From positions 1,483-65,482 of IMG/VR virus record IMGVR_UViG_3300047319_000106: DNA of 64,000 nucleotides; one strand, 5' to 3'. The position numbers and the translations under genes are program-made. Positions 47,236 to 55,897 of the stretch are shown piece by piece. The stretch comes from a virus (Duplodnaviria; Caudoviricetes). Every line of letters starts with the position of its first letter. Positions within the stretch are counted from its first letter, which is position 1. The notes below the pieces were generated by a model. The model saw nothing but the letters and a program-made list of their open reading frames with translations, was not told where the DNA came from and did not search any database.

Positions 47236-47676
47236 TCATTCTACCGCCGTTTCTTCTCGTTTACAACGCATATCAGACACATTCTTGAACAGCGCATCAG
47301 CAGTCTTCAGCGCAGAGATATTCCGGCTCAGCGCCGTGCGCGCGTCGGCCAGTATCAATTCCAACTTTCGTCCTCGGATGTTTGCCTTATGCGTCTTGAA
47401 CATGCGGGTCTGCACCTGCTGAGGGCTCATGTTCCAGACCCACGTGTATTTGAGCACCCACTTGAAGATGTGATTCGGCAGCATCGCCCACGCGCGCTCG
47501 ACGAGCCATCCATCCGCCTCGTCCTTAGTCATCGCGGGCGTGTCGAGCGTCTTGCCCGAGTCTCGGATCGCGACGTAGAGCTTCGCCCACGCTGCGCATT
47601 CGCCAGACTGGAAACGCGGCGAACGCACCACGCGGCCCCAATTCGCCAACCGCTCGTCCATCGTCTTAAATTCCAT
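47236..47676 (-). CDS. Antiterminator Q-like protein
   Basis: ERLANWG...VERAW pattern; last early gene before promoter plus terminator. Confidence 0.6.
   Translation of the reverse strand: MEFKTMDERLANWGRVVRSPRFQSGECAAWAKLYVAIRDSGKTLDTPAMTKDEADGWLVERAWAMLPNHIFKWVLKYTWVWNMSPQQVQTRMFKTHKANIRGRKLELILADARTALSRNISALKTADALFKNVSDMRCKREETAVE
47238..47266 (-). promoter_or_regulatory. pR'-like late promoter
   Basis: TTGTAA-17 nt-TAGAAT at the 3' end of the Q-like gene. Confidence 0.65.
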
Positions 47677-47870
47677 CAAGCCCCCGTATCGTATTGCCTG
47701 CACCTGCGGCTTTTCCACTCGTCCCGCCAATGCTTGTCGCGGAAGCGTTTGCACGCCATGTAAGAGACGTCGAACACCCGCTGTTCAACGAAGTGGCGAC
47801 AGCCGCGACACGTGCGCGACTCACGTTCTTCAATGATCACAGCCGGGTCTCGATAGTCACCGCGCCGCAT
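47676..47870 (-). CDS. Small Cys-rich protein
   Basis: YRDPA...TCRGC...C...RC. Confidence 0.6.
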   Translation of the reverse strand: MRRGDYRDPAVIIEERESRTCRGCRHFVEQRVFDVSYMACKRFRDKHWRDEWKSRRCRQYDTGA

Positions 47871-47932
47871 GCTTTTCTCTCATTTAGGACGCCTACATTT
47901 TACTTGAATTATCGTATGTAATCAATTGATTC

Positions 47933-48466
47933 TTATGAATTTACGACCTCAATTCGCTTCCAGTTTTGCCCAAGCCGAACGGCTCGTATTGTCGAACTAG
48001 CGACGCCGTATTCTTTCGCGAGAAGTATTGAGTTCTCCGGCCGCACGCGTATCGCATCTACCTGAGCCTGGGTGAGCCGAGCCTTTCCTGATCGCTCTCC
48101 ATGCGACGACGTGCCATGCTGGATTCTGTCCGCGCTGTTTGCAGCCACAGTGTCCCAGCGCAGGTTTCCGATAACAGGATTGAGGCGGTTTCCATCGTTG
48201 TGGCATGCCTGCAAGCCATCCGGACGAGGTCCTACAAACGCAGATAGCACTAGCACGTGAACGGCTATCTTTCTCGCGGTCTTACCAGCACTGAGGTTCA
48301 CGTAGAGGTATCCGTTCCTGTCAACGAACGGCGAAAGTTCACGTCCCTTCCACGTTTTCAGGCCCTGCGTTGTCAGCCTAGAACGCGTGAATGAGCGCAC
48401 GCGTCCGCGGTTCGACACCTCGTAAAGTGCCTCATACTCGGGCACCGGCCTCCATACTTCATCCAT
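47933..48466 (-). CDS. NUMOD4-HNH homing endonuclease
   Basis: EVWRPV..YE..YEVSNRGRVRS; VHVLV..AF; CHNDGN..N....NLRW. Confidence 0.9.
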   Translation of the reverse strand: MDEVWRPVPEYEALYEVSNRGRVRSFTRSRLTTQGLKTWKGRELSPFVDRNGYLYVNLSAGKTARKIAVHVLVLSAFVGPRPDGLQACHNDGNRLNPVIGNLRWDTVAANSADRIQHGTSSHGERSGKARLTQAQVDAIRVRPENSILLAKEYGVASSTIRAVRLGQNWKRIEVVNS

Positions 48467-48734
48467 TGAGTTCCCCGATAGTCAGTGCCAACAGATCCAT
48501 TTCATCGACACGCGCCCGTTTGAGCGCTTCGCGGTCGCCATGCACACCATGCTTGCCGCGGTGATGTTCTGGACAAAGAGGGACGGCCAACCAGTTTTCC
48601 GCGCGCTGCGCCATTCCCTGCCCCTCGCGCACGTGGTGGATTTCGGCCGGCGTTTCCCCGTATCCGATGACCTTGCAGAGCACGCAACCGATGCGCGCCA
48701 CGCGATCTAGGTATCGCTTTTCGCTTTTCGTCAC
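48459..48734 (-). CDS. Ref-like HNH nuclease
   Basis: GCVLC...PAEIHH...PLCPEHH.G..GVH. Confidence 0.75.
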   Translation of the reverse strand: MTKSEKRYLDRVARIGCVLCKVIGYGETPAEIHHVREGQGMAQRAENWLAVPLCPEHHRGKHGVHGDREALKRARVDEMDLLALTIGELNG

Positions 48735-49150
48735 CGATCGAACTCCACACCGAGCTCGCCTGATCCATATGCTTGCACCTGCTCGATGAATTCCGAGAAC
48801 TCGCCGACGCTCATCTGCGTCGTGGACTTACGCCGGGTGACGATCTCGCCATCGGGCAGCACCAGCTCGTCGAGCACGCCGAACTTGCGCGCGAAGAACT
48901 CGTGCCACGCGTCCTTATCGAACTGGCGGCCGTCGACCCATGCCTTCTCGGCGATTTGCTTCAGGATGCCGCCCCAGTAGAAGCGGTTCTGCTGCGCGTT
49001 GCGCTGCTTCTCTTCGGCAGTGACAATCACGCGGAGCGGCTCGCCGCGCTCGGCGTACGCGCCGCAGTTAGCCTTCAGGAACGCGACGAGGTGATGCCCG
49101 ACGCCTGGCGTGTGCATCAGGAACTCGCGGTATAGGATTGGCGTGCTCAC
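48731..49150 (-). CDS. ninB: NinB/Orf-family recombination protein
   Basis: RNAQQNRFYW...WHEFF...STTQMSVGEFSEFIE. Confidence 0.8.
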   Translation of the reverse strand: MSTPILYREFLMHTPGVGHHLVAFLKANCGAYAERGEPLRVIVTAEEKQRNAQQNRFYWGGILKQIAEKAWVDGRQFDKDAWHEFFARKFGVLDELVLPDGEIVTRRKSTTQMSVGEFSEFIEQVQAYGSGELGVEFDR

Positions 49151-49353
49151 CCTTTTCTCCTCAGTCGATCCCATGCTTCAGCGTCGATCGGCCCCTGCTC
49201 GTGCAGATACCGCATCTCGACGACCGGACCCTTCGCCGCGAGAAGCGCCGCCTGCGCGGCCTGCCACGTCTGCCAGTGCTTCTCTTTCACCGTAGCGAGG
49301 AGGCAGCCACCGGCCGCCTCGTAGAACGCGTCGAATTGCTCGCGCTCGGTCAT
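49147..49353 (-). CDS. Hypothetical nin-region protein
   Basis: MTEREQF...WQTWQAA motif. Confidence 0.55.
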   Translation of the reverse strand: MTEREQFDAFYEAAGGCLLATVKEKHWQTWQAAQAALLAAKGPVVEMRYLHEQGPIDAEAWDRLRRKG

Positions 49354-49542
49354 TGCTCGCTCCCATGCTGAGAAAGAGCCGCCATCGCGGCGATGCAGAG
49401 AACGCCCCACAGGACGGGAAAGAAGAGGCTCATGGCGTCTGCGTTCGCGGCGATCATTGCGTCACCTTCGATTGAGCGAGAGCGGACCAATCCTTGCGCT
49501 TGATTCCCAGCGCAATCCAGAGAGGGTCGAAGTTGTCGGCGA

Positions 49543-50124
49543 TCATGCGGCCTCCTGCACGTAGATGCGGCTCTGATAGCGGCCCTTGCTCGGCTTCGGC
49601 GTCTCTTGGCCCATGACCTGCGCCATTGCGACGGCAAATACGTTGCCGATCCGCTTCCCTTCCTTGATGCGCTTGTTGACGTAGCGAGTGCGGTTGTATT
49701 CCTGCTTCGTCTTGGCGCTCGGACGCTCGGCATCGGGCAAGTTTCCGAGCCCGTAGACGGCGATGTAGCAGCCACCCGGACGGCTGCGGCGCCAATCCTG
49801 AATGTGGATTTTTCCGGCCTTCTTCGCATCGGCGATAAGATCGCTAGCGTGCTTGAGCGTGCAGGCGTACTTGTTCGAGATGTCGCGCGAGCTGAAGGTG
49901 TAGCCTCGATCCATCTCGGCGAGAACCATCTTCAGAATCACTGACTTTGCACGCCGGTTCATTTCCGGACGCGGCCCGAGCTTCAGAGCCCACACGCGCG
50001 TCAGGATTGCCCGCTCGCTGCGCCCCGGCAAAAGATCGATGCATTCCTTGATCAGTCGCTCGCTCGACCACATGTCGCGGACGATTTTGTCCTCCGCTTT
50101 CGACCACACTTTTCCGCCCGCCAT
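49543..50124 (-). CDS. Putative DNA-binding protein
   Basis: WSKAED...LPGRSERAI Myb-like start plus winged-helix-like segment. Confidence 0.55.
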   Translation of the reverse strand: MAGGKVWSKAEDKIVRDMWSSERLIKECIDLLPGRSERAILTRVWALKLGPRPEMNRRAKSVILKMVLAEMDRGYTFSSRDISNKYACTLKHASDLIADAKKAGKIHIQDWRRSRPGGCYIAVYGLGNLPDAERPSAKTKQEYNRTRYVNKRIKEGKRIGNVFAVAMAQVMGQETPKPSKGRYQSRIYVQEAA

Positions 50125-50125
50125 T

Positions 50126-50413
50126 TCATCTGCTCCTCGTAAGACACTCAATCGCTTCGGTCGCCGTCTCAACCACGTACGCTTCGCCCTTCCATGCCCC
50201 GAACCACACTGCCTCGTCATCCGTGAGCTTTCGCTTGCTTGGCGGCTGCTTCGGGTCTTTCACCTCCAGCAGGACGTTTCGCCCTGCCAGCGCCGCCAAC
50301 AGATCCGGACATCCCTGCCCGACTGCATGCAGGTGTTGAACGCTCGCCCCGATTGCCCGGAGCGCCTTTACGATCTCTGCCTGATTCCCATCGACTCGTG
50401 CCGCTCGCCTCAA
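50126..50413 (-). CDS. VRR-NUC/PD-(D/E)xK nuclease
   Basis: VDGNQAEIV..LR..G...GCPDLL...LLEVK. Confidence 0.8.
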   Translation of the reverse strand: MRRAARVDGNQAEIVKALRAIGASVQHLHAVGQGCPDLLAALAGRNVLLEVKDPKQPPSKRKLTDDEAVWFGAWKGEAYVVETATEAIECLTRSR

Positions 50414-51780
50414 TCAAAACCCCTCGTGCGTGAAGACTTCGTTACCGTTGCAGTCGGCCATGCGCCCGAGTGGTTCTCGAACCGCATGAACTCGCCGCGA
50501 TAGGTCAGCGGAATGTCGCCGGTGCGGCCGTGGCGGAACTTCGCGACGCGCAGTTGCGCGAAGCCGAAGAACTGCTCGCCGCAGTCAGGATTCGAGATTT
50601 CCTCGCGGTGGATGAACATCACGGCGTCGGCGTCCTGCTCGATGGAGCCGGAATCACGCAGGTCCGAGAGCATCGGCTGGCGGTTGCTTCGTTCCTCGAC
50701 CTTCCGGTTGAGCTGCGCGAGCGCGATGATCGCGACGTTCAGTTCCTTGGCAAGCGCCTTCAGGCCGCGCGAGATCCCTTCGATCTCGGCATTGCGGTTT
50801 GCGCCGTCGCCCGTCATCAGTTGCAGGTAGTCGACGATGATCACGTCGAGCCCGGCCTTGCGCTTCACGAGACGCGCCTTGGAACGCACGTCGAGCATGC
50901 GCAGCGCAGCCTGGTCGTCGATGTAGAGATTCAGATCCTTGATCTTCATCGTCGCGGCCGTGACGCGGTTCCAGAACTCGTTGTCGTCTTCCGGAGCCTG
51001 CATCACGGTGTCGAGCGGCACGCGGCCGAGCGAAGCGATGTTCCGGTCGTGGATCTCCGACTCGGGCATTTCCATCGACAGGAAGAGCGCGCTGTGATCG
51101 ACGGCGACGTGAGTCGCGATGTTCAAAGCCAGTGCCGTTTTTCCCATGCCCGGACGCGCGGCGAGGATCACAAGCCAGCCGGGACGCAGCCCGCCGTTTA
51201 GTTGACGGTCGATGTCGTCGAGTCCAGTCGAGATGACGCGGTCGGAACCAGTCGAGCGGCGCTCGAGCGCGCTGATGTGATCGACCAGCCCTTGCGCGGC
51301 CAGCTTCGGCTCGCGCTTAATCGTTGCCTCGCCGAGCGCCTCGAGCTTTGCCGCCGCGCGGTCGATCAGCACGCCAGCGCTATCCGGCGTCGCACCGACC
51401 GAATCCTGAATTTCGGCAGCCACCGAAAGCAGGCCGCGCTTCTGCGCGCGGTCGCGGACGATCTCGGCATAGCGCGCGATGTTGGCGGAGCTCGGCGTCG
51501 ACTGAGCCAAGTCGTTCAGATACTTGAGGCCGCCGACGTCTGCCGCGCGCCCTTCTGCGTTAAGCCGCTCGAACACGGTGATGACGTCGGCGCCGATTCC
51601 CGACTCGATCATCTTCACGATCTGGACGAAGATCGCGCGGTGGTCGCCGCGGTAGAAGTGCTCGGCGCGCAGATCGCCCATGCGATCGATCGCGTCGTTG
51701 TCGATCAGCAGCGCGCCGATGACGCTCTGCTCGTGCTCGATGCTGTGCGGGGTGGCCCGCTGAATGTCGTTGGCGCTCAT
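50410..51780 (-). CDS. dnaB: Replicative DNA helicase
   Basis: AARPGMGKT, SMEM, VDYLQL, LRDSGSIEQDAD. Confidence 0.95.
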   Translation of the reverse strand: MSANDIQRATPHSIEHEQSVIGALLIDNDAIDRMGDLRAEHFYRGDHRAIFVQIVKMIESGIGADVITVFERLNAEGRAADVGGLKYLNDLAQSTPSSANIARYAEIVRDRAQKRGLLSVAAEIQDSVGATPDSAGVLIDRAAAKLEALGEATIKREPKLAAQGLVDHISALERRSTGSDRVISTGLDDIDRQLNGGLRPGWLVILAARPGMGKTALALNIATHVAVDHSALFLSMEMPESEIHDRNIASLGRVPLDTVMQAPEDDNEFWNRVTAATMKIKDLNLYIDDQAALRMLDVRSKARLVKRKAGLDVIIVDYLQLMTGDGANRNAEIEGISRGLKALAKELNVAIIALAQLNRKVEERSNRQPMLSDLRDSGSIEQDADAVMFIHREEISNPDCGEQFFGFAQLRVAKFRHGRTGDIPLTYRGEFMRFENHSGAWPTATVTKSSRTRGFD

Positions 51781-52625
51781 GCGGCCTCCGCGTCGTGGAA
51801 TCGGCCTTCACGGATCTTCGCGAAGTTCTCAGCCTTGCAAATCCAGTCGAGGCCAGGCGTGAACGGCTTGCGATCGCCGGACGTTGCGCGGCCAGTCAGA
51901 AACTCAGACTTGGCGATGTAGCCGAAGAACCGGCGCCACCATTCGAGGCTTTGGCGCTTCTGGTCTTCGTTCCAGCGGCAGCGGAGATGCTCAGCGCGCG
52001 CAGCGGTCCAATCGCGGATCATCGGGCTTGCAGGCAGAAGCTCGTGATACAGGGCGATGATTTCCTGATGCGGGCAGGAAGGCTTGGACGACTTCGAGCG
52101 CTGCTCGGGCTGGTCGTCAGCCGGGCTGGCGACAACCAACCCGATAGGGTTGGTAAGGTTTATCTCTTCTCTAATCTCCTCTTCTCTGTCGTTGCATTGC
52201 GTTGCATCGCGTTGCATGTCGTCCCCGATCGTCTCGACGTGTTTCTTTCGTTCACGATGGATGCGACTGCGTTCGGTGCTGGAAAGCGCGCCAGTATTGG
52301 GATTGCCGGAATCTTCACGTTTCGGCTGACGGTTCTCCCAGCCAGCAATGCGACCGTCGATGAGCAGCTTTTTCTCGACCATCGCATCCCAAACCTTCTG
52401 AGCAGAGCCGTCATCGAGGCCGAGCAGGACGTCGTAGTCGTTGCAGTCGAACGATGCAACGTTGCCGCGCGTTGCATCTGCGTTGCATTGCGTTGCATTG
52501 CTGCCGCATTCGAGAAGGCACGCCCAAACCGAGATCACGATCGGGAGAGACTGACCACTGCGGCGCGCCACCCACTGGAACTTCGGGTCTGTGACGGTGC
52601 CATGCCACCAACGGAACCAATCCAT
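51777..52625 (-). CDS. Replication initiator (O-like)
   Basis: WFRWWHG..TDPK N-terminus; C-terminal DWI....NFAKIREG; upstream of helicase. Confidence 0.75.
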   Translation of the reverse strand: MDWFRWWHGTVTDPKFQWVARRSGQSLPIVISVWACLLECGSNATQCNADATRGNVASFDCNDYDVLLGLDDGSAQKVWDAMVEKKLLIDGRIAGWENRQPKREDSGNPNTGALSSTERSRIHRERKKHVETIGDDMQRDATQCNDREEEIREEINLTNPIGLVVASPADDQPEQRSKSSKPSCPHQEIIALYHELLPASPMIRDWTAARAEHLRCRWNEDQKRQSLEWWRRFFGYIAKSEFLTGRATSGDRKPFTPGLDWICKAENFAKIREGRFHDAEAA

Positions 52626-52626
52626 G

Positions 52627-52809
52627 TCAGGCTCCGACCGCGACGAGCGCTTCATTCAGGCGAGCCAGGCGCTCGTCATTGAGCGCCTTGATCTCGCGCT
52701 TCAGTTCTTCGCAGAGCCGCACGCGGGCATCGCGCGCGTCGCACACAGTCATGCGGTGGCAGAGTTCGCGGATGTGCGCTTCGCGCTGGGAGTCGCGGTT
52801 CGGCGTCAT
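52627..52809 (-). CDS. Hypothetical protein (60 aa)
   Basis: Fills the gap with SD. Confidence 0.5.
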   Translation of the reverse strand: MTPNRDSQREAHIRELCHRMTVCDARDARVRLCEELKREIKALNDERLARLNEALVAVGA

Positions 52810-52811
52810 GG

Positions 52812-53144
52812 TTAAGCCTTCGAGCGTTCGAAGAGCTCGCGCTGCGCCTTCGTGGGCAGTCCGAGCAGTTGTTGGTCGTGGCCGGTGTAGATGCACTCGA
52901 CCGAGCCGCGCACGGCCAGACGGCCGGCGTCCTGCAGCTCGCGAGCGACGCGGCAAACGCTGGAAAGAGGAATGTGAGCTTGGCGCTCGATCTCGTGACG
53001 CGTGAGAAGCGTCTCTTCGTTTTCGAAGAGCGCCATCACGATCTCGTTCTGCGTCGAGCGCTTGGCGACGCTGATGCGGTGGAAAGCGACGTGCTGAGTT
53101 TCGGCAACACGTCGGCCGCTGCGTCCGCTGTACAACTGGTTCAT
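52812..53144 (-). CDS. Winged-helix protein
   Basis: LTRHEI.....IPLSSVCRV..EL...G. Confidence 0.65.
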   Translation of the reverse strand: MNQLYSGRSGRRVAETQHVAFHRISVAKRSTQNEIVMALFENEETLLTRHEIERQAHIPLSSVCRVARELQDAGRLAVRGSVECIYTGHDQQLLGLPTKAQRELFERSKA

Positions 53145-53260
53145 GGGCCAACTCCAAGCGGCACTGCCGCGTAGGACAACTAAAAGGAGAAAATAGAAGG
53201 CGCCCCGTTGGCGACTTTTATTTGCTTCTTTCTCGCGTCTTCGTATTGAGACGCTTAGTT

Positions 53261-53455
53261 TTAGGCCCCGCCGTTCCCCGCTCTATTTCTTTCAAAAGCC
53301 ACTACAACCGGGTGAGACACACCAAATGCTGAGCGAAGCACGTGGTACCCGATGAATTCCTGAATCGACACACCCATCCGAACGGCGTCGAGCGCAAGCT
53401 TTTCCAGTTCTGCAACAGGAATCTGTGCCGGAAGGACGGTATTGCCGACAGTCAT
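53261..53455 (-). CDS. Small hypothetical protein
   Basis: ATGA-coupled to the upstream ORF. Confidence 0.55.
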   Translation of the reverse strand: MTVGNTVLPAQIPVAELEKLALDAVRMGVSIQEFIGYHVLRSAFGVSHPVVVAFERNRAGNGGA

Positions 53456-53670
53456 GCGTGCTCCGCGATCCCCATTACGGACTCTTGGGAAGCGACAGAG
53501 ACGAGGTTCTTCGGCAAAGTGCCAACTGTGCCAAAGAGAAACAGCCGGGTTACCCGTTCGAGCGCGCCAGAAACGTGCTCGATGCCGTTTAACGCCATGT
53601 AGGCCAGAAGACCCTCGTAGGTGTCATCGTCAAGACGCGTCTTGACTTCGTTCGGTGCTCGGCGCGACAT
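53452..53670 (-). CDS. CII-position small regulator (ribbon-helix-helix-like)
   Basis: GAGGAGG SD; NEVKTRLDDDTY; follows cro. Confidence 0.55.
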   Translation of the reverse strand: MSRRAPNEVKTRLDDDTYEGLLAYMALNGIEHVSGALERVTRLFLFGTVGTLPKNLVSVASQESVMGIAEHA

Positions 53671-53760
53671 GCTTTACCTCCTCAGTTAAGAAAAAGAACA
53701 ACGATGAAACTCACTCAGAAGCGCGTGCGCTCCATGATGAGAACCCGCAGACAAAATCAG

Positions 53761-53964
53761 TCAGGCAGCGACTTTGGCCCGATCTCGCATAAGGCGACGG
53801 TGCAAGGCGACGAGCTTCCGCCCCTTCTCGTACCCGAAGGTCTTTTGTCTGGTTTGCCTCAGAACGTGGTTGACGGATGCCTGAGAAGCGCCGATGTTGA
53901 CGGCGATCTCGGTTTGCGTCAGGCCCGCGTCGAGGCAGTCGCGGATGAGTTGGCTCCAGTTCAT
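53761..53964 (-). CDS. cro: Cro-like repressor
   Basis: GLTQTEIAVNIGASQASV HTH, divergent from cI. Confidence 0.85.
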   Translation of the reverse strand: MNWSQLIRDCLDAGLTQTEIAVNIGASQASVNHVLRQTRQKTFGYEKGRKLVALHRRLMRDRAKVAA

Positions 53965-53971
53965 GAGCGTC

Positions 53972-54029
53972 ATATTAGCACGCTAATAGGCGGTGTCAAT
54001 AGCTATCTACTTGAGAAAACTAATATGAT
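53972..54029. promoter_or_regulatory. oR region: pR, pRM and operators
   Basis: Minus TTGACA-16-TAATAT; plus -10 TATGAT; palindrome TATTAG-CACG-CTAATA 53973-53988 and degenerate copies. Confidence 0.75.
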
Positions 54030-54036
54030 TCGCGCC

Positions 54037-54699
54037 ATGAGCATAGGTGACCGAATCCGTCAATTAAGGGAAAAGGCCGGACTTTCCCAGTCAGATCTCG
54101 CAATGAAAGCGGGCGTATCGCAAGGTACGATCAGCCAACTCGAGAAAAACCCCAATCAGAAGACGAAACACCTAGTCGCCATCGCGCGCGTCCTAGATTG
54201 TTCCGTCGATTGGCTCGAGAAAGGAACCGGCCCGATCGAGCGCCCCAAGAAGGTAGCAATCGTCCCGGACGAATCGGACGAGTTCATTGCAATAAGAAAA
54301 GTCGTGTTCAGAATCAGCGCTGGTGTAGCAGGCTTCGCCGTCGATTTCCTCGACGATGGTGACGGAGCGCCCCTTTTCTTCCAGAAGGCGTGGTTCGACG
54401 CTCGCGGTTACAGCCCGGACGAGCTGTACGCGATCAAGGTCCGTGGCGCCAGCATGGAACCCTCTCTGACTGACAGCGACACGGTTGTCGTGAACACCGC
54501 TGACAAAGAGCCGACCGACGGCGACGTCTTCGCCGTCAACTACGATGGCGAGCTCGTAATAAAGCGGCTAGTGCGCGACGCCGGTGACTGGTGGCTGTCT
54601 TCCGACAACCTGGACGCTCGGCGGTATCCGCGAAAGCGGTGCGACGACAACACGTTCGTTCTAGGCCGGATCGTCCACAAGCAGAGCGAACGCATTTGA
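54037..54699 (+). CDS. cI: CI-like repressor (XRE HTH + S24 peptidase)
   Basis: HTH LSQSDLAMKAGVSQGTISQLE; AG cleavage site, GASMEP, IKRL. Confidence 0.93.
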   Translation: MSIGDRIRQLREKAGLSQSDLAMKAGVSQGTISQLEKNPNQKTKHLVAIARVLDCSVDWLEKGTGPIERPKKVAIVPDESDEFIAIRKVVFRISAGVAGFAVDFLDDGDGAPLFFQKAWFDARGYSPDELYAIKVRGASMEPSLTDSDTVVVNTADKEPTDGDVFAVNYDGELVIKRLVRDAGDWWLSSDNLDARRYPRKRCDDNTFVLGRIVHKQSERI

Positions 54700-54792
54700 T
54701 TGGCACGGCAGCAGCGCGGCGGGGCCAATCCACATAACAACCAAATCTAAGATCGCGCGGACGCGAAAGCGCGACCAGCACACCTCCCTTCC

Positions 54793-54817
54793 AAGCCCGC
54801 CCTGCGCGGGCTTTTTG
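54793..54817 (+). terminator. cI terminator
   Basis: AAGCCCGC-CCTGC-GCGGGCTTTTT. Confidence 0.75.
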
Positions 54818-54995
54818 TCGCTTTCGTACGACGGTAGGCAAAAGTTAGACGTTTGTTTGTATCCATCCGTAAATTCTTCGCTTCGAAAGAAGCCCTGCCG
54901 GTGGCATTTTTCTGGCGCCCCTCTGTTTCGCTGGATTCGCTAAACGCGGCGAATTGTTGCGCTCAGCACAAAGTTCAGCAGCCGCTAAAATCAAT

Positions 54996-55037
54996 TATTA
55001 GTTTGCTATTGACGCGTTCCTATTAGCCGTCTAATAT
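54996..55037 (+). promoter_or_regulatory. pL promoter with two operators
   Basis: TTGACG-17-TAATAT; TATTAG-N4-CTATTG and TATTAG-N4-CTAATA match the oR palindrome. Confidence 0.8.
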
Positions 55038-55080
55038 TCGTTCATGCGCCGAACGAACAGCGCAACGCCACAAGTGGCGA

Positions 55081-55092
55081 CGCTCTTTAACA
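55081..55092 (+). promoter_or_regulatory. boxA antitermination element
   Basis: CGCTCTTTAACA consensus about 40 nt after pL. Confidence 0.8.
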
Positions 55093-55290
55093 CGACTGGA
55101 AACGATAGAACACGCCGATGGCTCTTCGGAGCGGCTAGGCGCAGGACGTAACCCTCGACTCCTGATGAAAGACCCGAGGCTATTCACGCGGCGCCTGGCT
55201 GACAGATTCAGCTATAGAACGCCGCGTGAATTGAACTGTTTTACCAGTGTGCGTTCATCGAGCGTGCACCGATAAAACACGGAGGACGAC

Positions 55291-55431
55291 ATGTCCACAT
55301 TGGCGAAGGATCTGATCGAACTGGTGAGGCTCTCGCAAGGCGGCGCCGGCGCGCTCACGCAGCATCTGTTGCGCGAGATCGCGATCAACATCATCGCACC
55401 AGGCGTGCGAGACCAACGGGAAGGAGGTTGA
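55291..55431 (+). CDS. Small first pL gene (46 aa)
   Basis: GGAGG SD; MSTLAKDLIELVRL... Confidence 0.6.
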   Translation: MSTLAKDLIELVRLSQGGAGALTQHLLREIAINIIAPGVRDQREGG

Positions 55432-55432
55432 G

Positions 55433-55774
55433 ATGGGAGCAGTAACCCCTTTCCTTGCGACGCGAGCCGGCGAGTTCGTGATCGACAAGGAGCTTGCAGC
55501 ACTTGACCGCGACGAGACCGCAAGCCTGAACCGCGGCGAGTACGTGAACAAGCGGTCCGATGAGATCTACCAGAAGCGGATCTCGAACCTGAGCGACGAG
55601 GATTTCATCATCGCGCTCGAGCGAATCACGACGCTTCGAACTGAAGTCGCGCTGCTGAAATACAAGGTCTTCTCAGACGAAACGAAACTCGGCTCCGAGC
55701 TGCGCGGAATGATCAAAGCCGCCCTTCTCGGCGACAGCATCGACATCGCGATCACCGAGTCGAACGCACTCTGA
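55433..55774 (+). CDS. Hypothetical protein
   Basis: AGGAGG SD, 113 aa. Confidence 0.7.
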   Translation: MGAVTPFLATRAGEFVIDKELAALDRDETASLNRGEYVNKRSDEIYQKRISNLSDEDFIIALERITTLRTEVALLKYKVFSDETKLGSELRGMIKAALLGDSIDIAITESNAL

Positions 55775-55897
55775 ATTTGCAGTAGCGAGCGACAGTGCAT
55801 TGACTGATGAGCATTCAAAGAGTGCTTATTTTTCAGTGTATTGCGATTAGTACTACTAAAACCTAACGCCCTGCTCAGTCTGGGGCTGGAGAACAAG

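Noticed and set aside
44109-51780. Inteins in terminase or DnaB
   Set aside because: Protein lengths are ordinary and no splice motifs were seen
4371-54817. Recurrent AAAAGCCCGC...GCGGGC motif as a mobile repeat family
   Set aside because: Loops differ and each copy sits at a gene boundary with a T tract, consistent with ordinary terminators
55095-55180. Hammerhead ribozyme (CTGATGA at about 55162)
   Set aside because: No stem II followed by GAAA, and stems I and III cannot be formed convincingly
55793-55843. Hammerhead ribozyme (CTGATGAG plus hairpin)
   Set aside because: Hairpin is followed by TTAT rather than GAAA; better explained as one long stem
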